A stretch of 64,000 nt of DNA, taken from positions 288,001-352,000 of the forward strand of contig JAXHNB010000002.1 of assembly GCA_034520945.1 (NCBI GenBank), read 5' to 3'. Shown here one piece after another: positions 60,074 to 64,000 of the stretch. The translations under genes and the position numbers were made by a program. The notes beneath the pieces were generated by a model that did no database searches, was not told the DNA's origin, and worked only from the letters and a program-made list of their open reading frames with translations. This DNA comes from Trueperaceae bacterium (GTDB taxonomy: Bacteria; Deinococcota; Deinococci; Deinococcales; Trueperaceae). How positions within the stretch are numbered: position 1 is the stretch's first letter; each line of letters opens with the position of its first letter.

Positions 60074-62011
60074 TCAGCGCACCTCGGCGCCGGCGGGAAG
60101 GTCGCGGTCCAGGCCGGCCAGGGACAGCTGCCCGTCCGCATCCTCGGCGGCCAGGATCATGCCTTGCGACTCGATGCCGCGCAGTTTGACCGGCGTCATG
60201 TTGCACACAATGATCACCTTCTTGCCGACCATGTCGGCGGCCGCGTAATGCTCGCGGATGCCGGAGACGACGGTGCGGGTCTCCGGTCCGAGGCTCAGGG
60301 TCAGGACCAGCAAGCGGTCGGCCTTGGGGTGCGGCTTCGCATCGGTGACCTCCGCGACGCGTAGCTCCAGGCGGGCGAAGTCCTCCATCGACACGGGATC
60401 CTTGTGCTCCAGCGGAGGCGCGTCGGCCTCGGGGGCCGCGATGCGGGCGTGCAACGCCTCCATGTCGATGCGCGGGAACAGCGGCTCGCCGGGGCGCGCC
60501 TGAGTGCCTTCGGGCACGCCGTTCCAGTGGGTCGCGTCGTCCAGCGTGACCTCGCCGGGAATGCCCAGCTGGTCGCGCAGGGCAGCCATCTTGTCGGGCA
60601 TGACCGGCGTGAGCAGGATCCCTGCGCACCGCAGGGCCTCGAGGCAGTTGCGCAGCACCGTGTCCAGCCGCTCAGCGTGCGCCTCGTCCTTGGCGAGCTC
60701 CCATGGCCGGGTGTCGCTCACGTACTTGTTGGCGCTCCGCACCGCCTCCATCACCGCCGCCAGCGCACGATCGAACTGCAGGGCGTCCACGCGCGCGCGG
60801 ACCAGGGCGGGCAGGGCCAGGAAGGCGTCGCGAAGCGCCTCGTCCTCGGGCGTCCAGGCGCCGAACGCCGGCACGACGCCGCCGCGGTACTTGCCCAACA
60901 TGCCCAGCGTGCGGTTCAGCAGGTTGCCGAGGTCGTTGGCGAGGTCGGCGTTGACGCGTTCGGCCAGCGCCACTTCGTGGAACGAGGCGTCGAGTCCGAA
61001 GGTCATGTCGCGTAGCAGGAAGTACCGGAAGGCGTCGTTGCCGTAGCGTTGCTGCAGGTCGAGCGGTCGGATCACGTTGCCCAGCGACTTGCTCATCTTG
61101 CGGTGATCGCTGAGCCAGTACCCGTGCACGTTGAGGTGCCGGAACAGCGGGATGCCGGCGGCCTTGAGCATGGTGGGCCAGAACACGCCGTGCGGCTTGA
61201 CGATGTCCTTGGCGATGAAGTGTTCGGCGGCGGGCCAGTACCGTTCTACCAGGCCCCGGCTCTCCAGCGCGGAGTAGTAGTTGAGCAGGGCGTCGAACCA
61301 CACGTACGTGACGTGATCACTGTCCCAGGGGAGGGGGATCCCCCACGGAACCCGCGCCCGCGGTCGGCTGATCGACAGGTCCCCGATGGGGGCCTGGAGC
61401 ATGGCCAGCACCTCGTTGCGGTACCCCTCCGGCCGGATCAGGGACGGATTCGTCTCGAGCTGCTCCTTGAGCCAGGGCCGATACTTCTCCATCCGGAAGA
61501 AGTAGTTCGCTTCGGAGCGATACTCCGGCTCGATCTCGTGCTGGGGGCACAGCCCGTCCACCAGCTCCTTCTCGGTGTAGTAGCGTTCGCACTTGACGCA
61601 GTACAGGCCCCCGTACTCGCCGAAGATGATGTCGCCCGCGTCGTACACGCGCTGGAGGACGTCCTGGACCACCCTCTTGTGATCACGCTCGGTGGTGCGG
61701 ATGAACGCGTCGTACGAGATGTCGAGCCGGTCCCAGGTCTCCCGGAACTTGGCGGCGACGCGGTCGGTGTAGGTCTGCGGGTCCAGCCCGGCCGCTTCCG
61801 CCGCCTTCTGGATGTTCTCGCCATGCTCGTCCGTGCCGGTGAGGAAGTAGGTGTCGTCCCCGGCCAGCCGGTGGTACCGGCTGGCGATGTCCACCAGGAT
61901 CGTGGTGTACGCGTGTCCGATGTGCGGTTCGGCGTTGACGTAGAAGATCGGCGTGGTGGCGTAGAACGCGCGGGGGGCGTCCCCCGGGTCGTGATCGGAT
62001 GCGGGTGGCAT
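60074..62011 (-). CDS. metG: Methionine--tRNA ligase with C-terminal tRNA-binding domain
   Basis: TTPIFYVN.PHIGH, GTDEHG, YVWFDAL, KMSKS, LRVAEV..HPKADRL..SQGMILAA; AGGAGG RBS. Confidence 0.97.
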   Translation of the reverse strand: MPPASDHDPGDAPRAFYATTPIFYVNAEPHIGHAYTTILVDIASRYHRLAGDDTYFLTGTDEHGENIQKAAEAAGLDPQTYTDRVAAKFRETWDRLDISYDAFIRTTERDHKRVVQDVLQRVYDAGDIIFGEYGGLYCVKCERYYTEKELVDGLCPQHEIEPEYRSEANYFFRMEKYRPWLKEQLETNPSLIRPEGYRNEVLAMLQAPIGDLSISRPRARVPWGIPLPWDSDHVTYVWFDALLNYYSALESRGLVERYWPAAEHFIAKDIVKPHGVFWPTMLKAAGIPLFRHLNVHGYWLSDHRKMSKSLGNVIRPLDLQQRYGNDAFRYFLLRDMTFGLDASFHEVALAERVNADLANDLGNLLNRTLGMLGKYRGGVVPAFGAWTPEDEALRDAFLALPALVRARVDALQFDRALAAVMEAVRSANKYVSDTRPWELAKDEAHAERLDTVLRNCLEALRCAGILLTPVMPDKMAALRDQLGIPGEVTLDDATHWNGVPEGTQARPGEPLFPRIDMEALHARIAAPEADAPPLEHKDPVSMEDFARLELRVAEVTDAKPHPKADRLLVLTLSLGPETRTVVSGIREHYAAADMVGKKVIIVCNMTPVKLRGIESQGMILAAEDADGQLSLAGLDRDLPAGAEVR

Positions 62012-62226
62012 GAGTCCTCCTGCTCGGCGTGCGTGGCGGTCGCCAGCGCCGGCCGGCACGCACCTCGTCGTGCCTGCCGGCCGGGGGCCCGGTTCGGGTG
62101 ATGGTACCAGCGAGGCGCGGGGCACGGCACCGACGCACGCGTGCGCGTGCTACCGTCTTCGCGGAGTCACCGACGCCTCACGCCCCCGCGGGGGGCGGAC
62201 CGGATCACTCGAAGGGACGCGATGCC

Positions 62227-62913
62227 ATGACCAAGGAGCAGTTCTCGCATGCCGTGCGCGCCACCTTGCTCGCCCTCGGGCTCGTGGCGGCGTTGGCGGC
62301 GTGCGGATCGCCCCGCACCGTCGACGCGGTCCAGGTGCTGCACTACGTCGACGAACCCACCGACGCCCTGCGGGCCGAACTCGGTACGCCGTTCCCCCGG
62401 CACGTCGTCACGCGCACGAACGACGCCGAGACCTTCAACGACGAGCTCGCCACGGGGCGCTACGACCTGGTGTTCGTGTTCGTACACGCCGAGGCCCCCA
62501 ACGCGCAGGCGGGGCCGGTGCCCGATCCCGCCCTGCTCGAGGACCATCTGAACGACGGGGGGCGGCTGGTGCTGGCCGACTTCAGCCGGACTGCGGGGTA
62601 CGCCGAGCTGTTCGACGCGAGCTACACGGGGGCGCGGAACCTCCAGGAGGCCGATCTGAGCGACCCGGCGCTGTCCGCGGGCCTGGATGGGCCGTTGTCG
62701 CTGGAGAACCCCAGCGGGTGGAACGATTACGCCATGGGTCTGGCGGCGGGCGACGCCTCCCGTGCGGCCTGCCGCTTCGAGAACGGCGACGCCTGCCTGG
62801 TGCGGGCGGCGGGCGGTCGCGCCGCGCTGCTGGGCTTTCTCGGCGACACCGTCCCCGAGACGCGGGCGCGGACGTTCTGGCGGAACCTGGTCGCGGCCCT
62901 GATGGACGCCTGA
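62227..62913 (+). CDS. Hypothetical lipoprotein
   Basis: Lipobox LAAC after a hydrophobic signal; YDLV..DHLNDGGRLVLAD resembles GATase-like/DUF4350 folds (weak). Confidence 0.65.
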   Translation: MTKEQFSHAVRATLLALGLVAALAACGSPRTVDAVQVLHYVDEPTDALRAELGTPFPRHVVTRTNDAETFNDELATGRYDLVFVFVHAEAPNAQAGPVPDPALLEDHLNDGGRLVLADFSRTAGYAELFDASYTGARNLQEADLSDPALSAGLDGPLSLENPSGWNDYAMGLAAGDASRAACRFENGDACLVRAAGGRAALLGFLGDTVPETRARTFWRNLVAALMDA

Positions 62914-62964
62914 GTCGGCGCGACGAGGCCGGGCGGGGCGGGCCCCGCGTGGGAGAATGCTGGC

Positions 62965-64000
62965 ATGGACGAGGGGGCTACGGGCGCATCCGCTGCCGTC
63001 AGCGACTTCTACCGGGCGCGGCGCCGCGCAGGGTTGCGTCGGCTGATGGCGCAGCTCGGGGGCGGGCGCGAGCAGCGGGCGATCTCGTACGAGGAGGTTC
63101 GCAAGCGCCTGCAGGCGGTGGAGAGCGCCCGCCACGAGCTCCAGGACGTCCCCGTCGACGCCATCGTCGGGTCGGTGGGCCGCTACAACGACTTCACGCG
63201 CGAGTTCCTGCCGCGCCACGACGCCGCCGTCGAGCGTTGGGTGGGCGTCAAGATGGCCATGACCGGCATGGAGGGCGTGCCCCCGATCGAGGTGTACCGC
63301 GTGGGGGACGCGTACTTCGTCCGGGACGGCAACCATCGTGTGTCGGTGGCGCGCCAGCTGGGCGTGGCGTACATCCAGGCGTACGTCACCCCGGTGCACA
63401 CGCGGGTGCCGTACTCACCGGAGGACGATCCGGAGTCGCTGATCGTGAAGGCGGAGTACGCCGACTTCCTGGAGCACACCCGGCTGGACGAGCTTCGGCC
63501 GGGCGCCGACCTGCGCGTCACCGAGCCGGGGGCCGCCGAGCGCCTGTCGGAGCACGTCTCGGTGCACCGGTATTTCATGGGGATCGACGAGGACCGGGAG
63601 GTCGGGTACGAGGAGGCGGTCGCGCACTTCTACGACACGGTGTACCTGCCCGTGGTGAAGGCCATCCGCGCCAGCGGCATCCTGCGGGACTTCTCCGGCC
63701 GCACCGAGGCGGACCTGTACCTGTGGATGGCCGACCACCGCGCCAAGCTCGAGGAGGAGCTCGGCTGGGAGCTTCCCGGCCCACAGGTGGTGCAGGGCGT
63801 GGCGGGCGGGCAGCTGGCCGGCGAGGAGGAGCGCGGGGCGTTGCTGCGTCGCTTGGCGGCGAAGGGCGATACCGGCGAGGTCAGCCAGCTGGCGGACGAC
63901 CTGCTGGTGGCGTTCGACCTGGGCGAGCCGGGGATGACGGCGCTGGAACAGGCGCTGGTGTTCGCCCAGCGCGAGCGGGCCCGCGTGTACGGCGTGCGGG
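62965..64000 (+). CDS. Partial (runs off window) ParB/Srx-like + DUF4032-like + probable universal stress protein fusion
   Basis: Hand translation: IVGSVGRYNDF..FLP..ERW, PPIEVYRVGDAYFVRDGNHRVSVAR, HRYFM..FYDTVYLPVV..RTEADLYLW..H, then LLVAFD..ALEQALVFAQRE. Confidence 0.8.
   Translation, partial: MDEGATGASAAVSDFYRARRRAGLRRLMAQLGGGREQRAISYEEVRKRLQAVESARHELQDVPVDAIVGSVGRYNDFTREFLPRHDAAVERWVGVKMAMTGMEGVPPIEVYRVGDAYFVRDGNHRVSVARQLGVAYIQAYVTPVHTRVPYSPEDDPESLIVKAEYADFLEHTRLDELRPGADLRVTEPGAAERLSEHVSVHRYFMGIDEDREVGYEEAVAHFYDTVYLPVVKAIRASGILRDFSGRTEADLYLWMADHRAKLEEELGWELPGPQVVQGVAGGQLAGEEERGALLRRLAAKGDTGEVSQLADDLLVAFDLGEPGMTALEQALVFAQRERARVYGVR

Overview
High-GC, gene-dense chromosomal window. It is most consistent with Deinococcota (Truepera-like), based on a Gfh1-type Gre factor, a double-OB-fold SSB, a DUF3208-like protein and many -10 hexamers directly upstream of start codons. 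The content is mostly housekeeping: an osmoprotectant ABC transporter, gfh1-lysS, amtB-glnK, nfo/nucS, a degenerate GalT-like gene, pccB, two MscS genes, a caa3-type cytochrome c oxidase operon, comM, asd/proB, hisZ-hisG, an FMN-riboswitch ribD-ribE-ribBA operon, recQ, a Liv-type ABC transporter and metG. I saw no CRISPR, tRNA/rRNA, prophage or IS element. The most striking item is in the oxidase operon: the subunit IV-like gene is fused to three near-identical 543-bp tandem units, each encoding an acidic, lysine-free cytochrome c552-like domain. These units have strong strand/codon skew and a 1-nt homopolymer frameshift in one copy. Other points of interest are a GldC-like orphan, an SSB paralog lacking the C-terminal motif, a frameshifted UvrD-like helicase, an operator-like palindrome over the amtB -35, and a ParB/DUF4032/USP fusion. 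All family assignments come from recalled motifs and sequences, not from database searches.
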